DNA from: Eledone cirrhosa
Taxonomy: Eukaryota
NCBI GenBank assembly: GCA_964016885.1
Contig: OZ024742.1
Coordinates: forward strand, 70,370,001-70,434,000
Length of the DNA stretch: 64,000 nucleotides
Direction: 5' to 3'
Shown here: positions 35,406 to 50,299 of the stretch, piece after piece
Layout of the letters: every line of letters begins with the position of its first letter
Numbering within the stretch: the stretch's first letter is position 1
Notes under the pieces: generated by a model
The model's input: the letters and a program-made list of their open reading frames with translations, nothing else
Told to the model about the DNA's origin: nothing
Database searches by the model: none
Translations under genes and position numbers: made by a program

Positions 35406-36951
35406 TAACTTTGAATAACTTTGAAATGTTTTGGCCAGTATTGGCCCAGGCCATGTCTAACTTAATAGCACCACCTGGCGAAGTCTTTCAATTCAGGATT
35501 TGGGCACCATGGCCCATTCGAGAAGAGAATTACTGTTTGCGGAGACATATCCGGGTGTGGGTGGTTTGTCCGGGATTACTTGGAGGAATTTGTCCAGAGA
35601 CTTCTTGAATTTTGTGTGGTTAGTTTCTGTTTTGACGTGTCCTGGTGTGATGTTGAAGAGAGCAGGGCCAATTGAGGTGAAATAATTGTGCCATATTGTT
35701 GTTATGAGTTGCGATTTAGATTTTTGTATTGGACGGATAGCACGGGGCCCAAGCCTTGGGTGTATTTTGAAGGCGATGCCAACATCATTTGGGCAGTGAT
35801 GATGGAACATTTTCCACATCATGCAGATAATATAACGCTCACGGCGACGTTGGAGTGAGTAAAGTTTCAGCTTTTCTAGTCGACCCCAGTAGTCAAGGTC
35901 TGACATGCCATCTATCTTTTTCGTGATTGCCCTTTGAGGAGCTTCAAGTTTCATGATACTTTGTTTCGTGTGGGGAGACCACAGTGGACAACAGTATTCA
36001 AGGTGTGGTCGGGCAAAAGTAGAGAAGAGAAGGATAATGGTGTGGGAATCTCTCGACTGGAAGGTTCTGAGGATCCAGGAACACATTCTGCGGGCCATGT
36101 CAACTTTGCTGCTTATATGCGTGGCCCAGCTTATGTTGCTGTCCACGGTTACTCCCAAGTCACTGATGTTGTTAGATGCCACGAGAGTTTCCCCGGAGGG
36201 AAGGGAGTACGGGAGTTTCAGAGCATCCTCTTTTCCAAAGTGGATCAGTTCGAATTTGTCTTCGTTCAGTAACATGTTCTTTTCCGCCCATTGGGTAACA
36301 GCCAGTAGGTCTGACTGAAGGCTTATCCGGTCATCCACGCAATTGATGACCTTTTGGAGCTTGGAATCATCAGCGAAAATTTTAATGTTGCTGTGTTTGA
36401 TGATGTCAGTGATGTCATTAATATAGATGATGAAGAGAAGTGGGCCCAACACAGTGCCTTGTGGGACCCCACTACTGGCTTTGGCTGGGCTAGATTTGAC
36501 TCCTTCAACTACAACATGTTGGGTTCTGTTTGACAGGAAGCTCTTGATCCACTGCAGCAGCTTTCCAGTGACACCAATATTGGACAGCTTTCTCAGTAGA
36601 ATGTTGTGATCAACCCTGTCAAAGGCCTTGCTGAAATCAAGGTAGATAACATCAGTGTTGGAACCCTCTCCCAAGGCTCTCAAAATGTCATCAAAGTGAT
36701 GCAGTAGCTGCATCAGGCAATCCCTTCCATTACGGAATCCATGCTGGTTGGAGTTCAGCATATTGTTACTCTCAAGGAAGTGGGTCATTCGCGATCTCAC
36801 CACTCTCTCAAATACCTTAATGATATGGGAGGTGAGTGAGATTGGACGGTAATTCACGGCAAGGGATTTGTTTCCCTTTTTTGAAAACTGGGACAACAGA
36901 CTAGGATAGAAGGTTTTCTGGCACATATCCAGCATCCAGTGAGTTCCGCCA
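35406..36951 (-). mobile_element. 5'-truncated CR1-group LINE (RT largely open)
   Basis: [49 protein letters not shown]. The 3' tail is (TTCAAAGTTA)2. Confidence 0.92.
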
Positions 36952-36952
36952 C

Positions 36953-36994
<42 letters not shown>

Positions 36995-38430
36995 ATACGC
37001 ATATATATATATATACATACATATATATATATATATACGCATATATATATATACATACATATATATACACATATATATATATACATACATATATATACAC
37101 ATATATATATATACACATATATATATATACACATACATATATATACACATATATATATATACATACATATATATACACACATATATATATACATACAAAT
37201 ATATACACACATATATATACATACACATATATACACATATATATATATACATACACATATATACACATATATATATATACATACACATATATACACATAT
37301 ATATATACATACACATATATATATATATACATACACATATATATATACATACACATATATATATATATACATACACATATATACACATATATATATATAT
37401 ACATACACATATATACACATATATATATATATACATACACATATATACACATATATATATATATACATACACATATATACACATATATATATATATACAT
37501 ACACATATATACACATATATATATATATACATACACATATATACACATATATATATATATACATACACATATATACACATATATATATATATATATACAT
37601 ACATATATACACATATATATATATATATATATACATACATATATACACATATATATATATATATATATACATACATATATACACATATATATATACATAC
37701 ATATACACACATATATATATACATACATATACACACATATATATATATATACATACATATACACACATATATATATATATACATACATATATACACATAT
37801 ATATATATATACATACATATATACACATATATATATATATACATACATATATACACATATATATATATATACATACATATATACACATATATATATATAT
37901 ACATACATATATACACATATATATATATATACATACATATATACACATATATATATATATATACATATATACACACATATATATATACATATATACACAC
38001 ATATATATATATATATATACACATATATATATATACATACATATATATATACATACATATATATATACACATATATATATATATATATACATACATATAT
38101 ACACATATATATATATACATACATATATATATACACATATATATATATATACATACATATATACATACATATATACACATATATATATATATATATACAT
38201 ACATATATACACATATACATACATATATATATATATAAATATACACATATATATATATACATACATATATATATATATATATATAAATATACACATATGT
38301 ATATATACATACACATATATATATATACATACACATATATATATATACATACACATATATATATATACATACACATATATATATATACATACACATATAT
38401 ATATATACATACACATATATATATATACAT

Positions 38431-38469
<39 letters not shown>

Positions 38470-38488
38470 TATATATATATATATACAC

Positions 38489-38523
<35 letters not shown>

Positions 38524-38540
38524 TATATATATATATACAC

Positions 38541-38575
<35 letters not shown>

Positions 38576-38588
38576 TATATATATATAT
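36952..38588. repeat. (TA/CA)n microsatellite
   Basis: Directly visible. Confidence 0.97.
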
Positions 38589-38924
38589 GGAGGCACATGG
38601 CTTAGTGGTTAGAGCATTGGCCTTGCAATCGAAAGGTTGTGAGTTCAATTCTCAGACCGGGTGATGTGTTGTTTCCTTGAGCAAGGCACTTTATTTCACA
38701 TTGCTCCAGTTTACTCAGCTGTAGAAATGAGATGATAGGGACTGGTGTCCCTATCATTCCACTGTAAAGTGGTCGTGGAGGTGCCACGGCAAAAAAGCAC
38801 CCAGCACTCACTGTAAATGAGGTTGGTGTTAGGAAGGGCATCCAGCTGTAGAAATCAAGCCAGCATCAGTTCCCATCCCACCCTTGCAAGCAGGGAAACA
38901 GCGGATGTAAAATGAAATGATGAT
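38589..38924 (+). mobile_element. Full-length tRNA-derived SINE with CORE-like domain and RTE-derived tail
   Basis: A box TGGCTTAGTGG and B box GAGTTCAATTC. The segment ccttgagcaaggcactt...cagtttactcagctgtagaaatg resembles the MIR/CORE domain. The tail matches 1372-1640. Confidence 0.88.
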
Positions 38925-38928
38925 ATAT

Positions 38929-38973
<45 letters not shown>

Positions 38974-38976
<3 letters not shown>

Positions 38977-39644
38977 CATCATCAACGTTTAACGTCCGTG
39001 TTCCACGCTTGCATGGGTTTGGACGGGGGTATTCCCACTTGAGGCAACAGTGATTGTCTTGCTCGCATAGGACTGTCTGGCAGGTTTTCTACAGTTGGAT
39101 GCCCTTCCTAACACCAACCACATTTACAGTGTGGGACTGGGCGGTTTTTACCGTGTTGCCTACACGGCCACATTACAGCGTGGACTGTGTGTTTTTTTGT
39201 CGTGACACCTACACGATTTCATTTGTTTCGGCCTGGATGTTATGGCACCAACATAACTTTACATAGGAGGGGGTGGTGTGGATGGGGGTGTGGGTGGTGG
39301 GACGGGGGTGTATTTTGTTAGAGATGCCTACTGGCTGTAGTAGGTTTTACTATGTATTTAGGTAAGGCAGGTCTTCTCTATTACTGAGTACCACCAAAGG
39401 TCTCGGTCCAGTGACATTGTCTTGGAGAGGTGTAAGTGTGTGAGGTCGGAGTTTATCAACTCGTCCCAGGTTTTTCTAGGTCTGCCTATTCCGTGGCTAC
39501 CGTCTATCTTTATTGCCCTGCACTTTGTTATACAGCTATCGACTTTCATGCGCATCACGTGTCCATACCAACGTAGCCTTCTCTCGAGTAAACAACATCT
39601 GATCCCTCTTATCTCTAATTTTTTCCTTAGTTCGTTTATGCTTT
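38974..39644 (-). mobile_element. RTE LINE 3' fragment
   Basis: ORF C-terminus + 3' UTR + (GAT)n. Confidence 0.93.
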
Positions 39645-40027
39645 AGACACATACATATATATATATACATACATATATATATATATACATACACATATAT
39701 ATATATATACATACACATATATATATATATACACATATATATATATATACACATATATATATATATATACACATATATATATATATATACACATATATAT
39801 ATATATACACATATATATATATATACACATATATATATATATATACACATATATATATATATACACATATATATATATACACATATATATATATATACAC
39901 ATATATATATATACACATATATATATATACACATATATATATATATATACACATATATATATATATATATATACACATATATATATATATATACACATAT
40001 ATATATATATATACACATATATATATA

Positions 40028-40983
40028 TGGGCGATAAAATCAGCAGTGGGGGAGGGTGCTCTGAAAGTACTGTAGCTAGAGTCAGAACTGGTTGGAAAAA
40101 GTTCAGAGAGCTTATACCACTATTAGCTGCTAAAGGGTTCTCACTAAAAATGAAAGGCAGGTTGTACGATGCCTGCATACGAACAGCAATGCTGCATGGC
40201 AGTGAGACCTGGGCATTGTGTGCAGAGGATATACGCAGACTAGAGAGGAACGAAGCTTGCATGCTCCGCTGGATGTGTAACAGTAATATACGTGAACGGC
40301 AAAGCATAAACGAACTAAGGAAAAAATTAGAGATAAGAGGGATCAGATGTTGTTTACTCGAGAGAAGGCTACGTTGGTATGGACACGTGATGCGCATGAA
40401 AGTCGATAGCTGTATAACAAAGTGCAGGGCAATAAAGATAGACGGTAGTCACGGAATAGGCAGACCTAGAAAAACCTGGGACGAGCTGATAAACTCCGAC
40501 ATCACACACTTACACCTCTCCAAGACAATGTCACTGGACCGAGACCTTTGGCGGTACTCAGTAACAGAGAAGACCCGCCTTACCTAAATATATAGTAAAA
40601 CCTACTCCAGCCAGTAGGCATCTCTAACAAAATACACCCCGTCCCACCACCCCCGCCCCCACCCCATCCACACCACCCCGTTCTATGTAAAGTTATGTTG
40701 GTGCCGCGCCATCGAGGCCGAAACAAATGAGATTGTGTAGGTGTCACGACAAAAAAACACACAGTCCACGCAGTAATGTGGCCGTGTAGGCAACACGGTA
40801 AAAACCTCCCAGACCCACACTGTAAATGTGGTTGGTGTTAGGAAGGGCATCCAACTGTAGAAAACCTGCCAGACAGTCCTATGCGAGCAAGACAATCACT
40901 CTTGCCTCAAGTGGGACTACCCCCGTCCAAACCCATGCAAGCGTGGAACACGGACGTTAAACGTTGATGATGATGATGATGAT
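40028..40983 (+). mobile_element. RTE LINE 3' fragment
   Basis: ORF 40027-40587 + 3' UTR + (GAT)n. Confidence 0.93.
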
Positions 40984-41123
40984 ATATATATATATATATA
41001 CACATATATATATATATACATACACACATATATATATATACATACACATATATATATATACATACACATATATATATATATATACATACACATATATATA
41101 TACATACATATATATATATATAT

Positions 41124-41158
<35 letters not shown>

Positions 41159-41437
41159 CATACATACATACATACATATATATATACATACATATATATA
41201 TATATACACACATATATATATACACACATATATATATACACACATATATATATATATATATATACATACATATATATATATATACACACATATATATATA
41301 TATATATATACATACATATATATATATATACACACATATATATATATACACACATATATATATATATACACACATATATATACACACATATATATACACA
41401 CATATATATACACACATATATATACACATATATATAT

Positions 41438-41472
<35 letters not shown>

Positions 41473-41579
41473 CATATATACACATATATATATATACACA
41501 TATATATATATATACACATATATATATATACACACACATATATATATATATATATACACACATATATATATATACACAC

Positions 41580-41612
<33 letters not shown>

Positions 41613-41639
41613 TATATATATATATATACATACATACAT

Positions 41640-41684
<45 letters not shown>

Positions 41685-41747
41685 TATATATATATACACA
41701 CATATATATATATATATATATAGATATATACATACATACATACATAC

Positions 41748-43063
41748 AGAAAATATGGTCATCAGAACTGTCAGCATACAACAAATACATTGCCCACAAT
41801 ACTTATGCTGTGCCAATTCTAACGCCAACATTTGGCCTACTGAACTGGTCATTGCAAGAACTAAGTGAGATGGATGTTAGAACTCGAAAACTTCTCAGTG
41901 TTACTGGGAACTTTAACATCAATGGTGATGTGGATAGGCTATACTTCTCACGCAAGGAAGGTGGCCGGGGTCTAAAATCAATATTAACAACATATGAGAC
42001 CCGGATAGTGACACTGAAGCAACACCTTCAACAGAGGAAAAAGGTTGGCAACCATCTTGCCCAGGTTTATGACCATGAAAAAAGAAATATCATTAGAATA
42101 GCGACTGATCTGGAGGAGAGATATGGAATAAAGCCCGATATAAATCTCTCACCCAGAGAAATCGGAAGATCCTATTCAATGTTCAAACAAGAAAAAAAAA
42201 TTGACCAATTTACAGAAAAAGTTGTGCATGGATACTTGAGGCGTAAAACACAGACCATAGAGGGGATAAACCACTCAAAAAGCCTGGCATGGAGTTCCGA
42301 CAAGTTTATGACATCACACCTTGAGGGATATCTCTATGCAATACAGGAACAAGAACTCCCTACCAAATATCTGCTGCACAAAAGAGGAGGGCCAGCAGCT
42401 GACAATAAATGGAGGCTATGTAAAACAAAGTTCGAGGATGTAAGCCACATTGTTGCCAGCTGCGAAAGAATGTGATCTCGCTACTACCTCCCCATGAGAC
42501 ACGATGGGATAGCTAGAACCATCTGGAACGCACTTCGGAAAACAAAATCAACAACAAACGAGGAAGAATATATTGAGACAGATGGCACTAAGGAATACTG
42601 GTGGAACCTGAAAATAAAAACTGCCACCAAATTAAAGCACAACCGGCCTGATATTGTAGTTTGGGACCACACATTGAAAACGTGTTCTGTTGTGGAGATC
42701 AGCTGCCCACTTGATGTAAACGTTGTCAGAAAAATACAGGAGAAGGAGGACATATACGGACCATTGATGAGGAGTTTACAAATCCAGTATCCAAGATACA
42801 CCTTTAGCTTCATACCCATCATTATTGGTGCTACGGGTTATATACCAACCCGCTTGGACCAAAGTATGACTGACCTTGGATTTGCGGACAAAAAGCGCAG
42901 CTCCCTAATTCATAGTCTACAAATGGCTGCGATAGCTGGCACCTTCAAAATTTGCAAAACATTCTTGCGATTCAAGGGATGACAATTTCTTTTCTTTTAC
43001 AACCTTGCCACCAGGAAGGTGGCCGGTCAAAAAAATATACTCGAAATTAAGAGAAAGAGAAAA
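41748..43063 (+). mobile_element. R4/Dong-like RLE non-LTR retrotransposon, 3' fragment (copy 1)
   Basis: [24 protein letters not shown] (mutated to WRLC), RHD, RPDIVV..E. There is a premature stop at 42473. Confidence 0.88.
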
Positions 43064-43074
43064 CATATATATAT

Positions 43075-43105
<31 letters not shown>

Positions 43106-43267
43106 CATACATACATACATATACATACATACATACATACATATATATATATATATACATATATATTATATACATATATATTATATACATACATATATAT
43201 ATATACATACACATATATATTATATACATACATATATATATACACATACATACATATATATATACAC

Positions 43268-43300
<33 letters not shown>

Positions 43301-43301
43301 C

Positions 43302-43332
<31 letters not shown>

Positions 43333-43353
43333 GACATACATATATATAGATAC

Positions 43354-43384
<31 letters not shown>

Positions 43385-43558
43385 CATATATATATATACA
43401 TACATATATATATATACATATATATATATACATATATATATATACATACATATATATATATATACATATATATATATACATACATATATATATATACATA
43501 CATATATATATATACATATATATATATACATACATATATATATATACATACATATATA

Positions 43559-43590
<32 letters not shown>

Positions 43591-43631
43591 CATACATATA
43601 CATACATACATACATATATATACATACATAC

Positions 43632-43692
<61 letters not shown>

Positions 43693-43732
43693 AATACATA
43701 TATATATATACATACATATATATATATACATA

Positions 43733-43773
<41 letters not shown>

Positions 43774-43804
43774 ACATACATATACATACATACATATACA
43801 TACA

Positions 43805-43864
<60 letters not shown>

Positions 43865-43973
43865 CATATATATACATACATACATATATATACATACATA
43901 CATATATATACATACATACATATATATACATACATACATATATATACATACATACATACATACATATATATAC

Positions 43974-44012
<39 letters not shown>

Positions 44013-44223
44013 CATATATATACATACATACATATATATACATATATATATATACATATATATACATACATACATATATATACATATACATATATATACA
44101 TATATATACATACATACATATATATATATATACATATATATACATACATACATATATATATACATATATATACATACATACATATATATATATACATATA
44201 TATACATACATATATATATATAC

Positions 44224-44274
<51 letters not shown>

Positions 44275-44275
44275 C

Positions 44276-44326
<51 letters not shown>

Positions 44327-44369
44327 CATATATATATATACATATATATATATACATATATATATATAC

Positions 44370-44422
<53 letters not shown>

Positions 44423-44462
44423 CATACATATATATATACATACATATATATATACATACATA

Positions 44463-44546
<84 letters not shown>

Positions 44547-44638
44547 CATACATACATATATACATACACATACATATACATACATACATATATACATACA
44601 CATACATATATATATACATACATATATATATACATACA

Positions 44639-44679
<41 letters not shown>

Positions 44680-44793
44680 ACATACATACATATATACATA
44701 CATATATATATACATACATATATATATATACATACATATATATATACATACATATATATATACATACATATATATACACATACATATATATAC

Positions 44794-44824
<31 letters not shown>

Positions 44825-45105
44825 CATATATATATACATACATATATATATATATATATACATATATATACATATATATACATATATATACATATATATA
44901 TACATATATATATACATACATATATATACATATATATACATATATATACATATATATATACATATATATATACATACATATATATACATATATATACATA
45001 TATATACATACATATATATATATACATACATACTTATATACACATACATATATACATACATACATATATATATATATACATACATACATATATATATATA
45101 CATAC
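43064..45105. repeat. (TACA/TA)n microsatellite
   Basis: Directly visible. Confidence 0.97.
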
Positions 45106-46611
45106 AAGTGTGCATATTTGGCAGTAAAACGTGGAAGAGCTGTGCCCTCCTCTAGAAATCTAGAGATGAACGGCCTGACAATACAACCTCTGCAGTCAGG
45201 TGACAACTACAGATATCTTGGACAGGATGAGAATGTCAGATATGATGGACCCATGAATTAGGAGAGAACCAGAACTGAATACCTCAGAAGAGTAAAGAAA
45301 ATATGGTCATCAGAACTGTCAGCATACAACAAATACATTGCCCACAATACTTATGCTGTGCCAATTCTAACGCCAACATTTGGCCTACTGAACTGGTCAT
45401 TGCAAGAACTAAGTGAGATGGATGTTAGAACTCGAAAACTTCTCAGTGTTACTGGGAACTTTAACATCAATGGTGATGTGGATAGGCTATACTTCTCACG
45501 CAAGGAAGGTGGCCGGGGTCTAAAATCAATATTAACAACATATGAGACCCGGATAGTAACACTGAAGCAACACCTTCAACAGAAGAAAAAGGTTGGCAAC
45601 CATCTTGCCCAGGTTTCTGACCATGAAAAAAGAAATCTCATTAGAATAGCAACTGATCTGGAGGAGAGATATGGAATAAAGCCTGATATAAATCTCTCAC
45701 CCAGAGAAATCGGAAGATCCTATTCAATGTTCAAACAAGATAAAAAAATTGACCAATTTACAGAAAAAGTTGTGCATGGATACTTGAGGCGTAAAACACA
45801 GACCATAGAGGGGATAAACCACTCAAAAAGCCTGGCATGGAGTTCCAACAAGTTTATGACATCACACCTTGAGGGATATCTCTATGCAATACAGGAACAA
45901 GAACTCCCTACCAAATATCTGCTGCACAAAAGAGGAGGGCCATCAGCTGACAATAAATGTAGGCTATGTAAAACAAAGATCGAGGATGTAAGCCACATTG
46001 TTGCCAGCTGCGAAAGAATGTCATCTCGCTACTACCTCCCCATGAGACACGATGGGATAGCTAGAACCATCTGGAACGCACTTCGGAAAACAAAATTAAC
46101 AATAAACGAGGAAGAATATATTGAGACAGATGGCACTAAGGGATACTGGTGGAACCTGAAAATAAAAACTGCCACCAAATTAAAGCACAACCGGCCTGAT
46201 ATTGTAGTTTGGGACCACACATTGAAAACGTGTTCTGTTGTGGAGATCAGCTGCCCACTTGATGTAAACGTTGTCAGAAAAATACAGGAGAAGGAGGACA
46301 TCTACGGACCATTGATGAGGAGTTTACAAATCCAGTATCCAAGATACACCTTTAGCTTCATACCCATCATTATTGGTGCTACGGGTTATATACCAACCCG
46401 CTTGGACCAAAGTATGACTGAACTTGGATTTGCGGACAAAAAGCGCAGCTCCCTAATTCATAGTCTACAAATGGCTGCGATAGCTGACACCTTCAAAATT
46501 TGCAAAACATTCTTGCGATTCAAGGGATGACAATTTCTTTTCTTTTACAACCTTGCCACCAGGAAGGTGGCCGGTCAAAAAAATATACTCGAAATTAAGA
46601 GAAAGAGAAAA
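45106..46611 (+). mobile_element. R4/Dong-like RLE non-LTR retrotransposon, 3' fragment (copy 2)
   Basis: KCA..YRYLG, GGRGL, CRLC..H...C, RHD, PD-(D/E). It has the same 3' end as copy 1. Confidence 0.88.
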
Positions 46612-46728
46612 CATATATACATACATATATATATATACATACATACATATATACATACATATATATATATACATACATACATATATACATACATACATAT
46701 ATATATACATACATATATATATACATAC

Positions 46729-46759
<31 letters not shown>

Positions 46760-47050
46760 CATATATATATATACATACATACATATATACATACATATAT
46801 ATATACATACATATATATATACATACATATATATATACATACATATATATATACATACATATATATATACATACATATATATATACATACATACATATAT
46901 ACATACATATATATATACATACATATATATATACATACATATATATATACATACATATATATATATATACATACATATATATATACATACATATATATAT
47001 ACATACATATATATATACATACATATATATATATACATACATATATATAC

Positions 47051-47086
<36 letters not shown>

Positions 47087-48180
47087 ATACATACATACAT
47101 ATATATATACATACATATATATATACATACATATATATATATACATACATATATATATATACATACATACATATACATATACATACATACATATACATAT
47201 ATATACATTTACATACATATATATATACATACATACATATATATACATATATACGTATATATATACATATATACGTATATATATAAATATATATACACAT
47301 ATATATATACATATATATACACATATATATATACATATATATACACATATATATACATATATATACACATATATATACACATATATACACATATATATAC
47401 ACATATATATATACACATATATATACACACATATATATATACATATATATATACACATATATATATATACACATATATATATACACATATATATATACAT
47501 ATACATATATACATATACACATATACATATATATATACATATATATATATACACATATATATATACATATATATATACATATATATATATATACACATAT
47601 ATATATACACATATATATATATACACACATATATATATACATATACATATATATATATACATATACACATATACACATATACATATACATATATACACAT
47701 ATACATATATATATACACATATATATATACACATATACACATATACATATACATATATACACATATACATATATATATACACATATATATATACACATAT
47801 ATATATATACATATATATATATACATATATACATATACACATATATATATACATATATATATACATATATACATATATATATACATATATACATACATAT
47901 ATACATACATATATACATACATATATACATATATATATATACATACATATATACATATATATATATACATATATATACATATATATACATATATATACAT
48001 ATATATACATATACATATACATACATATACATATATATACATATATATACATATACATACATATACATAGATATATATACATATACATATACATATATAC
48101 ATATATATACATATACATATATATATATACATATATATATATATGTATATATATATGTATATATACATATATATATATAT
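46612..48180. repeat. (TACA/TA)n microsatellite
   Basis: Directly visible. Confidence 0.97.
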
Positions 48181-50291
48181 ACTAAATGAGGAGAATAAAT
48201 GGGAGAAGGACAGTCTCCTCCAGATCGATCCAATAGAGGGACCAGCAGTGTTAGTTGAAGGTAGTATAATAAGTAAGGCAATCAAAGATATGAAGACGGG
48301 TAAGGCGGCTGGGCCTTCGGAAATAGTTGCTGAGATGCTGAAGGCCTCTGGAACGGTGGGACACACCATGGTCACCCGGATAGTAAACCAAGTCATACAG
48401 AATGGGATTGTTCCGAAGGACTGGTGTAGCAGCATCATCATTAACTGTTATAAGGGTAAAGGAGACGCCCTAGATAGGAGTAACTATAGAGGCATTAAAT
48501 TAATCGACCAGGTCATGAAGGTCACGGAAAAAGTAATAGCGCAACTAATCAGAGAGAGAATCAATCTAGATGAAATGCAGTTCGGGTTTGTGTCAGGCAA
48601 AAGTACCACAGACGCTCTTTTCATTGTACGACAACTACAGGAGAAGTACCGAGCTAAAAGTAAACCCCTATACTTAGCCTTTGTCGACTTGGAGAAAGCC
48701 TTCGACAGAGTCCCCCGTTCCATTATCTGGTGGGCTCTTAGAAAACTAGGTGTTGACGAATGGCTTGTGAGAGCTATACAAGCCATGTATAAAGAAACAG
48801 TGAGCAAGGTTAGAATTAACAACGAATATAGTGAAGAGTTTAGCGTAAAAGTTGGTGTCCATCAGGGCTCTGTTCTTAGCCCCCTACTATTTATTATTGC
48901 TCTTCAGGCTATAACAGAGTAGTTCAAGACCGGCTGCCCATGGGAACTCCTATACGCAGATGACCTAACGCTCATAGCTGAATCAATGGCCGAGCTAGAG
49001 AAGAAATTCCAAACATGGAAGCACGGCCTAGAATCAAGAGGCCTTAAAATTAACCTGGCTAAGACTAAAGTTCTAGTTTGTAAGAAAGAAAATAAGGCCG
49101 CGGTCCCCTCCGGGAAGTGGCCATGCGCAGAGTGTAGGAAAGGCGTAGGTAGAAACTCCATTTTGTGTCCCAAATGCAAAGTTTGGGTGCATAAAAGATG
49201 TAGTGGTATCACAGGTAAGCTAACTAAGAACATAGATTTTACATGTGGCCGGTGTTCCGGCGCAATAAGTAGCAGCAAGTGCCCAAAAAATACTGGCTCT
49301 TTCAACTGCGCAGAGGGTTCTATAGAAATAGTGGACAGCTTCCGTTACCTGGGTGACAAAATCAGCAGTGGGGGGGGGGGGTGCTCTGAAAGTACTGTAG
49401 CTAGAGTCAGAACTGGATGGAAAAAGTTCAGAGAGCTTATACCACTATTAGCCGCTAAAAGGTTCTCCCTAAAAATGAAAGGCAGGTTGTATGATGCCTG
49501 CATACGAACAGCAATGTTGCATGGCAGTGAGACCTGGGCATTGTGTGCAGAGGATATACGCAGACTAGAGAGGAACGAAGCTTGCATGCTCCGCTGGATG
49601 TGTAATAGTAATATACGCAAACGGCAAAGCATAAACGAACTAAGGCAAAAAATTAGAAATAGGAGGGATCGGATGTTGTTTACTCGAGAGAAGGCTACGT
49701 TGGTATGGTCACGTGATGCGCATGAAAGACGACAGCTCTATAGCAAAGTGCAGGGCAATAAAGATAGACGGTAGCCACAGAGTAGGCAGACCCAGAAAAA
49801 CCTGGGACGAGCTGATAAATTCCGACCTCACACACTTACACCTCTCCAAGACAATGTCACTGGACCGAGACCTTTGGCGGTACTCAGTAATAGAGAAGAC
49901 CCGCCTTACCTAAATACAAAGTAACAGTCAGTAGGCATCTCTAACAAAATACACCCCCGTCCCACCACCCCCACCCCATCCACACCGCCCCTTTTAATGT
50001 AAAGTTATGTTGGTGCCACAAAATCCAGGCCGAAACAAATGAGATCGTGTAGGTGTCACGACAAAAAAACACACAGTCCACGCTGTAATGTGACCGTGTA
50101 GGCAACACGGTAAAAACCTCCCAGCCCCACACTGTAAATGTGGTTGGTGTTAGGAAGGGCATCCAACTGTAGAAAACCCGCCAGACAGTCCTATGCGAGC
50201 AAGACAACCACTCTTGCCTCAAGTGGGAAAACTCCCGTCCAAACCCATGCAAGCATGGAACATGGACGTTAAACGATGATGATGATGATGA
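48181..50291 (+). mobile_element. 5'-truncated RTE LINE with two frameshifts
   Basis: ORF pieces 48181-48922, 48986-49774 and 49713-49913, then 3' UTR and (GAT)n. Confidence 0.95.
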
Positions 50292-50299
50292 CATATAGT

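Noticed and set aside
35493-38648. 1051-aa ORF fusing a low-complexity N-terminus to an RT
   Set aside because: Chance read-through from SINE and microsatellite into a truncated CR1. The same applies to 2243-4144, 40964-42475 and 48143-48922.
38589-38670. Possible tRNA gene
   Set aside because: A and B boxes are present but there is no proper acceptor stem. It continues into CORE and LINE tail sequence, so it is a SINE head.
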